Assembly: GCA_051362555.1 (NCBI GenBank)
Contig: CM120640.1
Location: 65,078,788-65,142,787, forward strand
Direction: 5' to 3'
Source of the DNA: Lingula anatina
Taxonomy: Eukaryota > Animalia > Brachiopoda
Length of the DNA stretch: 64,000 bases
Made by a program: the position numbers and the translations under genes. Numbering within the stretch: position 1 is the first letter of the stretch; the number at the start of each line of letters is the position of its first letter. Positions 1 through 19,989 of this stretch are shown in pieces. Under the pieces are notes generated by a model. The model was not told where the DNA came from. It saw only the letters and a list, made by a program, of their open reading frames with translations, and searched no databases.

Positions 1-295
1 GGGGGGGGGAGGGGGTACAGAGACAGCTACTGTCCAGAAAAACGGCACCAGAACACGGAAGGGGTGATGCACATGTTATCTGGAAACAAATGAAAGATTT
101 CTAAGCATGACCTGATCAAGTTGGGACTCCTGAGGTGACAGGTAAGTAGGTAAGCGCGAGAGGACATCACTCCGTTGTTAGATTGACGCATTGTCAACAT
201 TTCGTCTTCCTAAATCAGCTAATATCTCAGGCTCATGTCTTGCGTTGTCTTTTTACATTAACAATTACATATACATAATAAGTGCTTCATTTCAG

Positions 296-7887
<7,592 letters not shown>

Positions 7888-8378
7888 ATTTTCATATATT
7901 TTTAATCAAACTTTTGTTTGTATTGCCCATAACAGTTAGAAACGCAACACATATATTTATGGATTAGCGTTTATTTATTCTAAAATATATTCAAGTGTTT
8001 GCTTTGGGAACATCGTGATTAGCAGTATAAAACGTGTATTGATTGTTAGTTATAAAGCTGTTGAAAAGAATTCCTGAATCACACTTTCATAGAGTATCAA
8101 CACATGTTGCATGGAAAAATTACACTGAAAATGAAAATGCCCTAAACTGCACATACAGTCATAACTATTCCGCGTTCTTTTGTTGAAACTTAATGATATT
8201 GATTGTAACATCACATACTCTGACTAAATAGTTCCAAATTTGCTGCAGACCATTTTTGATGATGCTTCTACTGTATAAATTCAGTGAAATAATGTAGAAC
8301 AGTTTCATTAGCTATGTTATTGTAATAGACTTGTGAAGATTATTTTGTCTATAGCTACTTATATTTGTCTGATCTTAC

Positions 8379-8423
8379 CATCCAATATTTCATCTGCTTG
8401 CAGTCAGACTTCATCAGGGAATG
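8379..8423 (-). ncRNA. Minimal type I hammerhead ribozyme (left pLTR)
   Basis: Exact reverse complement of the motif at 9018-9062. Confidence 0.75.
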
Positions 8424-9017
8424 AGGTTGTGACAGGTATGACAACCTGTCACTCCCTCTGGTGTGCTATTTGGTCAGATACCCCCCTCCCCCCCCCTTGC
8501 CTGCCAATTACACCATAAGGCAGGACAGACATTAAGAGGCATCCTAGTATCCCCAAAGGACAAAATAGACCCTGGAGAACAGTGTGGAGTTGTATACCAG
8601 TGTGAGTGTCAGGTGTGTGGAGAGAAATACATCGGAGAGACAGGACGTTCCTTAACATCGCTGAACATCAAAAATCCATCAAAAAACATGATAAAAAATC
8701 TGCCCTCAGCCAACACCAGGAACAGACAGGGCATTGTATAACATCAACAACTACAGAGGACATAAAAATCTTGGAAAGAGATCCACGAGATCTACACCGG
8801 AAAGTTCTTGAAGCAATTAACATCCGCTTACATGGGGCCAAGTTGAATCGGAATAATGGGACTGAGCTACCCAACCTCTACCTACCACTCCTAAGGGAGG
8901 GGCAGGCAAAGGGGGGGGGGGGGGGGGGGGGGATCTGACCAAATAGCAGAGGCATCCTAGTATCTGACCAAATAGCACACCAGAGGGAGTGACAGGTTGT
9001 CATACCTGTCACAACCT

Positions 9018-9062
9018 CATTCCCTGATGAAGTCTGACTGCAAGCAGATGAAATATTGGATG
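9018..9062 (+). ncRNA. Minimal type I hammerhead ribozyme (right pLTR)
   Basis: CAUUCC-CUGAUGA-A-GUCUG(acugcaag)CAGAU-GAAA-UAUU-GGAUG: both catalytic core boxes, stem II GUCUG/CAGAU, stem I CAUUCC/GGAUG, palindromic AAUAUU in place of stem III. Confidence 0.78.
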
Positions 9063-9291
9063 GTAAGATCAGACAAATATAAGTAGCTATAGACAAAAAA
9101 ATCTTCACAAGTCCAGTGAAATAAAGCATTATGTATCATTTAAATGTTACGGAGCTTTTTTTTCACATATTAATTTTATAATAGTAAGGTGTTCCAACGA
9201 TAATTATTGCGAATGATATTGAAATTTTAACTTTAAATGATTGAAAAAATATAGCACAGATGCTAATTCATATGTTGTAAGACAAAAATCA

Positions 9292-10205
9292 AGTATGGGA
9301 TCAAGGATTCGATGTCTGGGATGACTTCACTCTTGGAATACAAGTCAAATTTACTGAAATATAAAATTATGGCCATTATATACATGTCTTTAAAACATTA
9401 CAACACTGTTCATTTTAACTAAAATCTTGGTACACGAGGGAGTATAAATGATAATATTTTTGATTTTAAAACAAGATTGCATGTGATACATATAAATGAT
9501 AAAACTTAAAGCAACGAAAATATTAGTGTTCGGTGCCATGTTCTACATGTGCCATGTTCTTTATTTTAAGGAATGTCTAAAATAAATCGTAACACTTTCT
9601 CCGTAAGAGAACAGGAAAAATTGCCACAAGTTATAACGAAAATGCCGTTCTCAGGATTCAGCGTAATCAAATGATAACAGAACTGTCAACGAACATTTTC
9701 AGCTTATTGCTGTTTGCAGTCTTTGGATGTTTAAGGTAACTGCTATTGTTTTCCACATGGCATGTAAAATGGATTTAAAATTTGGCTGTCAACTTTTTTT
9801 TTAATTCTGAGATTTGTGAAGTTGATTACTTGAACTCTGTTATCCATGGGGTCATCTTCATGTCCTGTTCATTACACAGGTAGTTATAGTCCTTGCCTGT
9901 GTGCCAGGGGTAGAAGGAATGGAACCGCACCATGTACAATGCCTCCTGTGGCAGAGAGCACTTCTCATGGTTCAAGAGGACACGGTACATGTATTCTGAA
10001 ACAATCCACGTCGTGGTTCGTCGGTGAAAATTGTTGGGAAAAGTTATGAAAGAAATCTAGCGCTAAGTAATCTAACTTCAACATGAAGTCCACCGCACTA
10101 AACGTATAACCAAGAAATATCAAAGAAAATTATAAAAAGAATAAAACCTACTAGTAAATACCTTATCCATTACAAGTGACATCCCCTTCTTGCTACCTTT
10201 TTTTT

Positions 10206-10236
<31 letters not shown>

Positions 10237-12564
10237 GAAGATAGATTAAATACCATGAATGACAAAATCTGAATTTGTGAAGTCAACATATGCACCCACC
10301 ATCATGTCCCCATGACATTAGCACTTTGTCTAAGCCACAGTTTTCTGCATACATGCCCAACTTGGTGCTGATCAACAAAACAAGATAATAAAAGCATGCG
10401 ACTTTAAGAGTAAATTTCGATACGTTTTAAATATTCGCTTCAACCTCGGGGAGCAAAATGCCAAAATAACAATATACCATGATTAAATGAAATATAGTAC
10501 ACCCAAACAACAAATATAGCATTATTTTAACCGTTTTTATTACTTGATCCAACCTTTCCAACCCCTCCCCCTACATTTTATCCCCCAATACGAATCATGC
10601 CTGAAAGTTCTCTAAAAATTAATTCTTTACCTGTCTTATAAGAGTAAATTTTATAGAAACTTACTTGTATAGAGGATTGTTGATATCAGGGTTGTTTTCA
10701 AAGCTGTCCCGACCAAACACTATTTTATCACTAAATGCACGGCCAACTGGGAAGGTGTCACCAACAACAAAACACTAAAAAGAAAGAATTTTACTGTGCC
10801 ATATTTTTCAATCGTTCAAAAAATGACACTATGTGACTTATGTAATTTAATTACCCCTAAATCTAAATCACATAAATTTTATTTAAAATACAACTGTTCT
10901 TTTAGATTTACTTTGTTAGAGTATGTAAACCCACATAATAAACATGCATTAGCTCATGGGAGCAAACAGCTTATGACAGCATATTTGAATTATGAGTGAA
11001 ACATTTGCACCTGTAACTTGGCATTAGTGATAACTCACTTTCAAAGATAATCTTAAATATATTATGTAGACATCATAATGTGTATCACCTGTGGGCCATC
11101 ACCTTGCCAAGATCATGTATTAATGAGATGAAACCAGTCAAGATCTGGATGTGCGTGGCGGATACGCTCAGCTGTTTGGAAGGCATGGATAGCATTTGGA
11201 AGCCCAAACTAAAAAAGGATAGTTTTCTAAAACCCATACACATTGCATATTGTAATATTCAAAAATTTAACCTTTAAATAACAGAATGAACAAATAAACG
11301 CCTGTGCATTAATTGCCACTTTTAAAAAAGGACAACTAAGATTAAAAAAAAAAAAACAATGAAATGTATACAAAATCTCTATACGAAAAGATGCCTGTGA
11401 ATGTCACAAGATACGACACCTGATACAGTTTTGAAATACATCTTACATCAGGGTCACTTTCATCCACAAGGGCATAAAGTGCCTCCACGGCCTGCAAGAT
11501 GGTCATTTCCATGTGGTCAAACTTGGCCCAGTATTCAACCTGAAACAAAATCTCAACCAGTTGCCTCCGTTCAATGTTTAGATGTCTGCTGAAAATTCTC
11601 GAAGGAGATTACAAAGTAGTTTTCACTTGAGAAAGGGAGACGAGAAATAAGAAACAAACAACAAACTGATGACCAAAAGAGTAACACAATTCGTTTTAAA
11701 ATTGTAGTTAATCATGATTCATGAACTTTCTGGCAAACCCGTATGAATTTCCGTGTTGCAGGTACTATTAAACAAACATCTAAGCTGTCGCCATTTTGAA
11801 AATAAATAAATTATGATAAATTTTATGGATCTATTTGGGAGTTTTCTGTATGAAAGTGTTAAACATTGGCGTATTTCACAGGGAAATGTTTTTATTTCAT
11901 AAATATCCAAATATGTTACTGACTGATTGTGAAATTCAGGCGTTGTTTGACTTTTGGCAATGGTAAATTAATAATGCTTAAACCTAGACTTAACAGAATA
12001 AAGGCCTGAATATCTGTCCCATAAAATGTTTGAAACAGGCATTTTGTTCATTTATCTCACTGAAAATAAAACTATTTAATTATTCTTGCATGAAACTGAC
12101 CTTGTTTATCACACTTTCAACGCACTGCTTCGAATGGATTTCACTGTACGTTTTCCTGACACGGTCAATAAATTCACCCCCCTGGACAAGAAAAATATTA
12201 GCTATAACAAAGAATGGTGGATCTCGGAAACATGACAAACAAAAGCACACCCTTACATATTTGTCATTATTACACGAAAGAGAGAAATATATATCTCTGC
12301 GTTTTTAAAAATTTTAAAAAAATGTTTATTTGTTATAGCTAATATTTTTCTTGTGATTTATTGAACCATTTCTGTTTGTGTCTTTTTATTCTCGTTCATT
12401 ATATCCATTTAATCGGTTGCGTTATAATGTACAATGTAACTGTGAAAAATTTCCCATCCTTTTTGGACAAGTGAATATGCCTTTACCTCATAGTTTCTGA
12501 ACTGTTCCTCTCCCTTGTGATCTGATCTATATTTGTCTGATGGGTCAATTATGTAACATGGAGT
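9292..12564 (-). pseudogene. MIOX: MIOX pseudogene 1 (exons 2-8 and a truncated exon 9)
   Basis: Exon-by-exon match to the intact gene at 39717-45214. Exon 5 has 5-nt and 13-nt deletions giving TGA at 11113-11115 and destroying the LIHDLGK metal motif. The last exon is cut at ~9292. Confidence 0.88.
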
Positions 12565-13180
12565 CTGAAATATTATACAGCAATTTTAGTAAATCCAAAT
12601 TCGCTTAGCTCCCACCATTACATTCTTACCGGATCTGCTAGATAGGCGTGATTTTGTTTTCTTTATATGTAGTAGTAGATTGCAGAGACTCATTTGCTTA
12701 CCTGGATGAGCATATTATTCACATATCTTCCAAGAGAACATCATGAAGAGGCAACTGATTTTATCGAGGAAGGTTTCAATTGTACTAATAACTGTTGATG
12801 TTGCATTGCTGACAGATATGACTGGTAGATTTTGTACTGAATTGAACCGGTAACGTTTATCCTTCAAGCACGTACAAATGTAAAATGGTGGAAGCTTGCT
12901 GTGTACATGTACCAGGACGCACTACCAACACATTAAAAAAAATCTAATGGGATTTGTAAAATTTCAAAGATGAACGGAAAAGTGAACGACTGTTGCAGGA
13001 TATAGGTCGTGCAAACGTGACTAAAGACGGCGTTGTTGATTGAAACAAGATTTGGTCATAGCTATACATAATCGACCGACTCCGCGAGCTCCATACTAAC
13101 CTCGGATGTGATAGGTGTAGGAATATGCATCAAATCCATACATTTCTGAGCCTTTTCACTCAAGTGTTCCGTTCATAAAG

Positions 13181-13540
13181 ATGGCTGTCAATAGTGATTT
13201 TTCCATTACCCCTGATTTTTGTGAAGCTTTGCGCTTTTCTAAAGAATGTACACATATTGACTTTGATTTGAAGGACAAACAGATTCAGACATTAAAATCT
13301 TTGTACGACGGACATGATACTATGGCAGTTTTGCTATGGTAAAAGTATAATTTTTCATCTCCTCCCCTTCCTATTTCAGTTTAATCTTGGTCGTCAACAA
13401 CCTATGATTTGTTTAATAGTTACGCAGTGAAATTCAATCATGCAAGATCAAGTCCAGTCTTTATCGGAGCGTGGTATACCTGCTTGTTTTATGAATGTTG
13501 AAGGAACGGGTGTCAAAACCTTCGTTGCGAGTAAAAGGTA
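13181..13540 (+). pseudogene. Degenerate RecQ-type SF2 helicase N-terminal fragment (probably a transposon relic, e.g. AcademH-like)
   Basis: Manual translation FDLKDKQIQTLKSLYDGHDTMAVL/YGKSIIFHLLP...ICLIVTQ*NSIMQDQVQSLSERGIPAC matches RecQ motifs 0, I (LPTGYGKS, broken by an 8-nt deletion) and Ia; contains a frameshift and a stop. Confidence 0.7.
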
Positions 13541-13577
13541 TGTGCGTTTTGAGGTTTTCTGAATAAAAATCAACAAG

Positions 13578-13581
<4 letters not shown>

Positions 13582-13633
<52 letters not shown>
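13582..13633. repeat. (TA)n microsatellite
   Basis: About 26 TA units. Confidence 0.95.
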
Positions 13634-13636
<3 letters not shown>

Positions 13637-13881
13637 GGGCGGATCCAGGGATATTTCGAATCCGACCATTGCCCCCTTGGTGTGGGGTTTGGGGCCTGCT
13701 GAACGGCCCCGACAAAAATTGGTGTTTTGGAGAGCAAAAAATGCCTTTTGGCACGGTTTAGAACTGTGATTTAGCTAGTCAAAATTCTAATTTGAAGAGG
13801 GAAAAAATTAATATATTTGTGATATATTTTTCAAAAACCGAAGGGGGGTGGTCAGGACCCTCCCTTCTAAATCCGCCACCG
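13634..13881. mobile_element. hAT-like MITE, duplicated copy
   Basis: CAGGGGCGGAT...ATCCGCCACCG; near-identical to 14845-15102, including ~330 bp of right flank. Confidence 0.72.
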
Positions 13882-14844
13882 GTAGTAGAGAGGTCATTTC
13901 AAAGTTAAGTCGTCAAACGTAAACATGAGATTTTTTCTGCAAAGTGCCTGTTGTCATTCAGCACTACTTAATATTAATAAGCGTTCATTTACACGCGGAT
14001 ATCTGTGTAAAAGTTGATATGTATTTTTGTTTCCTTACAAATAGTAGGGATCAGTTGTTTTTTTACCCGATTCATATCAGTGGTCTCTGCTGCCAACATA
14101 GATTTTTTTGCGTTTTAACTTGAAAGCCTGGAATTGTCTCACATCCGGTTTAAGAAGAAAAACGTTTTTAAATATGAAAATGAAAATGAAATAATTGTGA
14201 ATTTATGTGCAACTCACTTCTCATTACTATGAGCCATTTATTTATTAGTTAATGATTTAATTGGTAACTTAATTCCCATTACTATTGATTTATTATGAAT
14301 TAACTTATAAATGAAATTCTCATTAATTTCTCATAATTTATTAAATTATGTATTAATAAAATCACTAATTAATTGATTGAATTATTGATAAACTACGTGT
14401 AGGGGCCTAATTGATCATCTATTTTATTGATTCACTAATCACCATCCAACTATGGCCCATTTACGACCAGTTCTGAAAAAAATCATCAAAATCCCTCGAT
14501 CCATAACTTTTTGGAAAATGTTCCTAACAGACAAACAGACTTTATTAATTAACAAATTTCTTAATCAATGGATGTGTCTCGTTTACTATTCCTATCATGG
14601 TGACAACCGAGCGTGTTTCCATTCCAACAAATGTTGTGTGGAATTGTGAGGGCGTTTTAAAACACCTTCACTGAACATCATTAAACATTACTCTACAGAT
14701 GTTGAGCTATGATCAGTGAAATGTTGAGAGCGTTTTAACTGGGCTGGGTCTTTTTCCAAAATGCTAAGGAAAACATGAATTCGACATGCTTGAAAATTTT
14801 GTTCCATATGCACTGAAAACAAGTTTACATATGCAAACGTAGTA

Positions 14845-15102
14845 CAGGGGCGGATCCAGGGTTATTTCGAAGCCGACCATTACCCCCTTGGTGTGGGGTT
14901 TGGGGCCTGCTGAACGGCCCAGATAAAAATGGTGTTTTGGAGAGAAAAAATGCCCTTTGGCACGATTTAGAACTATGATTTAGCTAGTCAAAATTCTAAT
15001 TTCAAGAGGAGAAAATTGATATATTTGTGATATATTTTTCAGAAACCGAAGGGGGGTGGTCAAGACCCTCCTGACCTCCCCCCCCTTCTAAATCCGCCAA
15101 TG
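14845..15102. mobile_element. hAT-like MITE with 6-bp TSD
   Basis: Imperfect TIRs CAGGGGCGGAT / ATCCGCCAATG; GTAGTA at 14839-14844 and 15103-15108. Confidence 0.75.
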
Positions 15103-15868
15103 GTAGTAGAGAGGTCATTTGAAAGTTAAGTCGTCAAACGTAAACATGAGATTTTTTTCTGCAAAGTGCCTGTTGTCATTCAGCACTACTATTAATGAAG
15201 CGTTCATTTACACGCGGATGTCTGTGTAAAAGTCGATATGTATTTTTGTTTCCTTACAAATAGTAGGGATCAGTTGTTTTTTTACCCGATTCATATCAGT
15301 GGTCTCTGCTGCCAACATAGATTTTTTTACGTTTTAACTTAAACGCCTGGAATTGTCTCACATCCGGTTTTAGAAGAAAAACGTTTTTAAATATGAAAGT
15401 GAAATCATTGTGAATTTATGTGCAAGTTGGCATGTTTACGCTTGAAACTTGTTTTAAAACGTTTGCCCTTCAAAACACATAAAGGTTAACTTTGCTTTCT
15501 TTTTAAAATTATTTATGTCAGTAATAAAAAGCTAAAAAGTGACAGTTTGTTTCTCACATTATATGAGATTTTGCTGGCCAATGCGTAAGCTTCACAATCA
15601 CATCCGGCTCAAGTTCCTGGAGTTGGAACTATGTGCTTGAAACTGCGTGTAGTCATTATGCTTAATTATACGTCTTTCGCAAACACTGACTTCGTTTTCT
15701 TTTTATAGCAACTATAAACGAGAACCAGATACCAAACACAGAGGTCTGTTTAACAGCGCAGTCGTTGCGAATATACGGAAAACATGAATTCGACATGTTT
15801 GAAACTTCTTTTGCTTCAGGTTTTTGGCGTGGTTGACTTTTGTTTGGGGCAATATGTTATAGGTAAGT

Positions 15869-15872
<4 letters not shown>

Positions 15873-15900
<28 letters not shown>
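15873..15900. repeat. (CT)n microsatellite
   Basis: About 14 CT units just after the first coding donor site. Confidence 0.9.
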
Positions 15901-15901
<1 letters not shown>

Positions 15902-17381
15902 CTTGAATACATGAAGTTCCTCATTGACAGAAATAAGACCTAATGTCCTCTGCAAGTATTTGGACTAAATCTCATGCAGGCACTAGTACTGTAGGACACA
16001 TCCCTGTCATCCCTGTCAGAAACTGAATTGTGCACAGACTTCTTTTTGTCCAATTTTCGGGTTTTCAAACCAAAGTGGCTTTTAAAATGCCAGGCGAATA
16101 ATCTAATTAATGTAGTCAACAGAGTTCATATGTAGTGGTGTAAGTGGTGCTCCATAAAACACAATTTCAGTTACGTGCACATGGGTAAAATACACTGGAG
16201 CCATCATGTACGAGTTTTTCTGTTAACATTTCTGTAACTAGTGAGTTAAAAGAGCCTTTTTTCACAGATTATTTTCGACGTTCCCATCCTGACACTGTTT
16301 TACATTTAAGTTATCAGAAAACGTGTGAAACCTTAAGAATAAGAACTAGCTTGGTGTCACCTACATAGAAAATTTTCAGTTAGCCAGTTTTGGAAACCCG
16401 TAAATGTCGTAAATGCACTGTTTCAAAAGGTTGTAAAACGTGCAGCCGATATTGGAACCATACCATTTGTTGGACAAATCATTGAAAGAGGCCAGGGTAA
16501 ATTAGTTTTATTGGAGTTTTCCCATCGTTTGCTATCGTTTTCTTGCTCTCCTTCCGAAAACAGAAGAAAAAGGGAAAGAATTACGTTCTACGTGAAATAT
16601 TTCAGATACATGTGTGGTAGGGTCAGGATTAGTGGTGCCACATGCCAGCGTAGGCTACACCAGTGCCAGAAATGACAGTTCAGCATGCACGTGGGAAACA
16701 ACGAAACAACCGGGACAGGTAAAGTCATTCATTAAAGCTACAGCACAAGGAATTTCAAACAAAGAGCAACTTAGTTCGGCGATACTTTTCAGTGGTGGGC
16801 CAAGTATTATATTTACCATCATGAATTTTTGTTTTCCAGATGTTAAGTACATGCCTAATGATGCACCATCGTTAACACGATAACATTAACTCAAGCAGGG
16901 TTGACAAAGATGTCATGTAAAAATTGTTAAACTTTCTTGCTGATTTTCAGCATTGTTTTGATGGCATTGTTAAAGCTCTAAAACAGTCTGAGGATCTTCC
17001 ATCAAAACGGATTTTGATTTCATTTTCCCCACTGTTCTCCTTGCAGATTACATTATGCAGTAATGCATAACACGCTATATTCTATCCAGAAAACAAACAT
17101 CAGTTAGGCCGGGACGTATACTATAACGAAAAAGTGACCGAGAACAATCTCAATCACACCTTTCTAAGAGATTGCAGATTAAATACGAAATACTAAATTC
17201 CAACGATTGGCTTTCTGGACCGTTTCTTTTTCATTGAGCACCACAAAATTACTAGGGAAGTTGTTTTGTTTGTCAAATGCAATGCGAAATATTAAGTGAA
17301 TTGTCATTGTATCAAAGTGAATAATTTATAAGTTACTTCCTAAATACACTGAAGTTGCATGTTTCTCTCTCTCTCTCCACC

Positions 17382-17412
<31 letters not shown>

Positions 17413-18159
17413 AGACATACGTACACACACTATACACCCGAACCCAATATAGAGGTGCAAATGATGTCACAGACGTGTTCCTAAAAATATGTTTGATTAT
17501 TTTAGGGTCCCACATGAAGAAGTTTGTATTAAAGTTTCACTTTCCTGGAACCACGAATAATAAAAAATAATTCATCATCTAACCCCAAAAAGGAACATAC
17601 GTTACTGTCACAAATGCAAAACGTCTAGCTGTGGAAACGTTTTAATCACTTTGAAAATTCAATCATCACAGGTTTTATTCTTTAATTTATCGCCTACAAG
17701 TATAACGTTGTAAAAAATTATGAAAATCTTCTGTATAGAGCAGTTAATTGTTTTTTAGCGAGTTTAGTTTGCTCGTCACTGAATATTAAAAAAAAAAACG
17801 GGGAAAATACACCCTACCGACAGTAAAATAAGCATTTAATAAATTATTTTCCCCCTCGTGCCTCCAAATGTTATATCTGAAATGTCAAACTATCATGGAA
17901 TCACTATATATTTTTCGGTCAGCAAAAGAAAACATTGTTTTCTCTTGCACCAAGTACTTGAACAAAATGAAACATTTTGTCAATTTTTCTAGGGAACATA
18001 CGTTACCTAGTATTAAGAACATAATTACACGCGTGATCATTACGGAGAATTAGAGTATAAATATGGGTAAAATTGTATGAAAAGTGAGTGATGAATAAAT
18101 GATTGAAGACTCCAGAACCTTTTCGTTGTTATAATACATTCAATACAGGCAACAATTTG

Positions 18160-18870
18160 CTACATTGTCATTTTTGCTAAAATGATTAGGGTAGTGGGGT
18201 GATATAATAAAAGCGGCCTTGTTTGACCAAATCTTGAACAATCGATATTTTTTGTTGCCTTCTTTCTTGTTATAAATGGGAGTATGAAAGTTTGTGGTAC
18301 ACTGGGATGGAGGAGACATATAAGTAATTGCTTCTGCACAGTGTTAGCTTGGGTCCATAGCCTGCTGTATGGTGCGTTCTGTCTTAATTTTGGGCTTTGT
18401 GGGAAATTCAGGTGATTCCAAATTTCGTTTCCTACAATGGCTAAATCGTTGCCGTATAGCATTCTCTCTCTTTTTCATGGCATTTACATGTGACTGTAGT
18501 TCTATAATTGTCTCTCCGGTGGTGATTACTGTGGACTTGCCTCGGCAACTTCTATAGCAGCTAGGAGCTCTTCTTTCCTTTGGTGAAGTCTACGTTTTTG
18601 TGATTTAGTCTTCGCGTGTTTCGTTTGTCTTTCACGGTCATTTAAGGAGGCGGAAGGTACATAGTATTTTGAACTCGTTTTCTTTCCCTTTCCAGATATG
18701 CGTCACCCTCATTTTTCTTTTTACGAGATCGATATTTTTTTAATCTCAGCTCTTATTTCCGCACTTTTCTGAAATGATGATGTACCGTCCGGTATCAATG
18801 TATTTGGCACTGTGCTCACAGCGCTAGTTGGCGATTTTTTTTTTTCCTTTTTATAGTCTTGTTTGACATT
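18160..18870 (-). mobile_element. Degenerate DNA-transposon ORF relic (basic N-terminal region, possibly Sola-like) in a CUB-gene intron
   Basis: Broken minus-strand reading KSAEIRAEIKK/..EGDAYLERERKRVQ/YYVPSASLNDRERQTKHAKTKSQKRRLHQRKE resembles N-termini of invertebrate transposon proteins; no catalytic motif or TIR seen. Confidence 0.3.
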
Positions 18871-19623
18871 TTTTCTGTCTTTGACTTTAATTTCTGTATT
18901 TGAGTGAAATTTTTTATTACGACAAAATCATTGACTTCGCCTACACCGTCACTGAGGATTTGATGGATTTATTTACACTTGTAACTCACCTCATCTAATA
19001 TTTAGCTCGAGCAGACGTCAGAAAGAACCACCTGACATCTCAAACAGAAGCTATTTTCTCTCTCGGAGCCAGTTTCGCGCACAAGTACATGTATATTGGG
19101 TTTGGGTGTATAATGTCAGTTGCTCATGGCGCGGAGGATGTTTTGTTCGTTTCCTTTTAGACTTTGGGTCTCTCACTTTTCTGTTTCAGATACTAGTGCT
19201 CCATATATCGTTTAGTGGAACATTTCGACATGAATGGATCGAAAAATGTACTTTGGCATACGTGGATATCGTCCAGAGCAATTCGAACCGTAGACGGGAC
19301 AGGTTCTGTGGCAACACAAACCCACGGTATTATCAATACATAGACGGCGGGGTGCGGATAAGATTTGTGACCCACATGAAAGGCGTACAACTTAACGTTT
19401 TGGCCTATAATCGAGGTGAGTCGAAAGCTGCATTTACACCCGGACTAGTTTATACAGTCTCAAACACGTCATCCGACGACCAGATTGCAGAGTAATCTTG
19501 TGTAGTTTTAGGGCGCCAATTTAGCAAATCTAAGCGGCGACTGGACTGCATTTTTAGTTCTGAACTTTGCCTCTGAGCCGTGAAAGGTTAAGATGTTTCA
19601 GTGTGTCAGAAATGTCCATTTGT

Positions 19624-19654
<31 letters not shown>

Positions 19655-19801
19655 GCGTACATAGACAGCTGCTTTCCGGAAAACGGCATCAGGACGAGGT
19701 TTTTTTTTTTTAAACATCTTTATTCTCAAGAGGGTTAAATATTGATACAGTATAAATAAAGGTGGCAATTCGCCTAGGCATTATATGCTCACCTTTGAAA
19801 T

Positions 19802-19843
<42 letters not shown>

Positions 19844-19989
19844 TTCAAGAAAAAGACGGTGACGAGGACATGAGTGGCATTAGAGGGGAATGAGGGACAG
19901 GGCATGGGGGGAAAGGTAATTATGAGGGGGGGGGGGCAATGGGCCATCAGGAGAGAGTGGTAGGCGCCAGAACAGAAATGGAAGAAGAT

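Larger units (their letters stand above)
8293..9113 (+). mobile_element. 5'-truncated Penelope-like retroelement (GIY-YIG endonuclease fragment) with inverted pLTRs
   Basis: Translation VSPKDK..GVVYQCECQVCGEKYIGETGR..EH..SALSQHQEQTGH..R..LEA..I..LNRNNG. About 150-bp inverted repeats at 8328-8480 and 8961-9113, a 35-nt extra tail at 8293-8327, and direct repeat CAGTGAAATAA at 8282-8292 and 9114-9124. Empty site in copy 2 at ~31155. Confidence 0.88.

Noticed and set aside
16614-16883. 89-aa ORF with a transposase-like LSSAILFSGG stretch
   Set aside because: Its first part (16606-16718) fits better as the first-half CUB exon (C..CTW..PGQ|gt), in phase with exon 19190; the rest is intron read-through.
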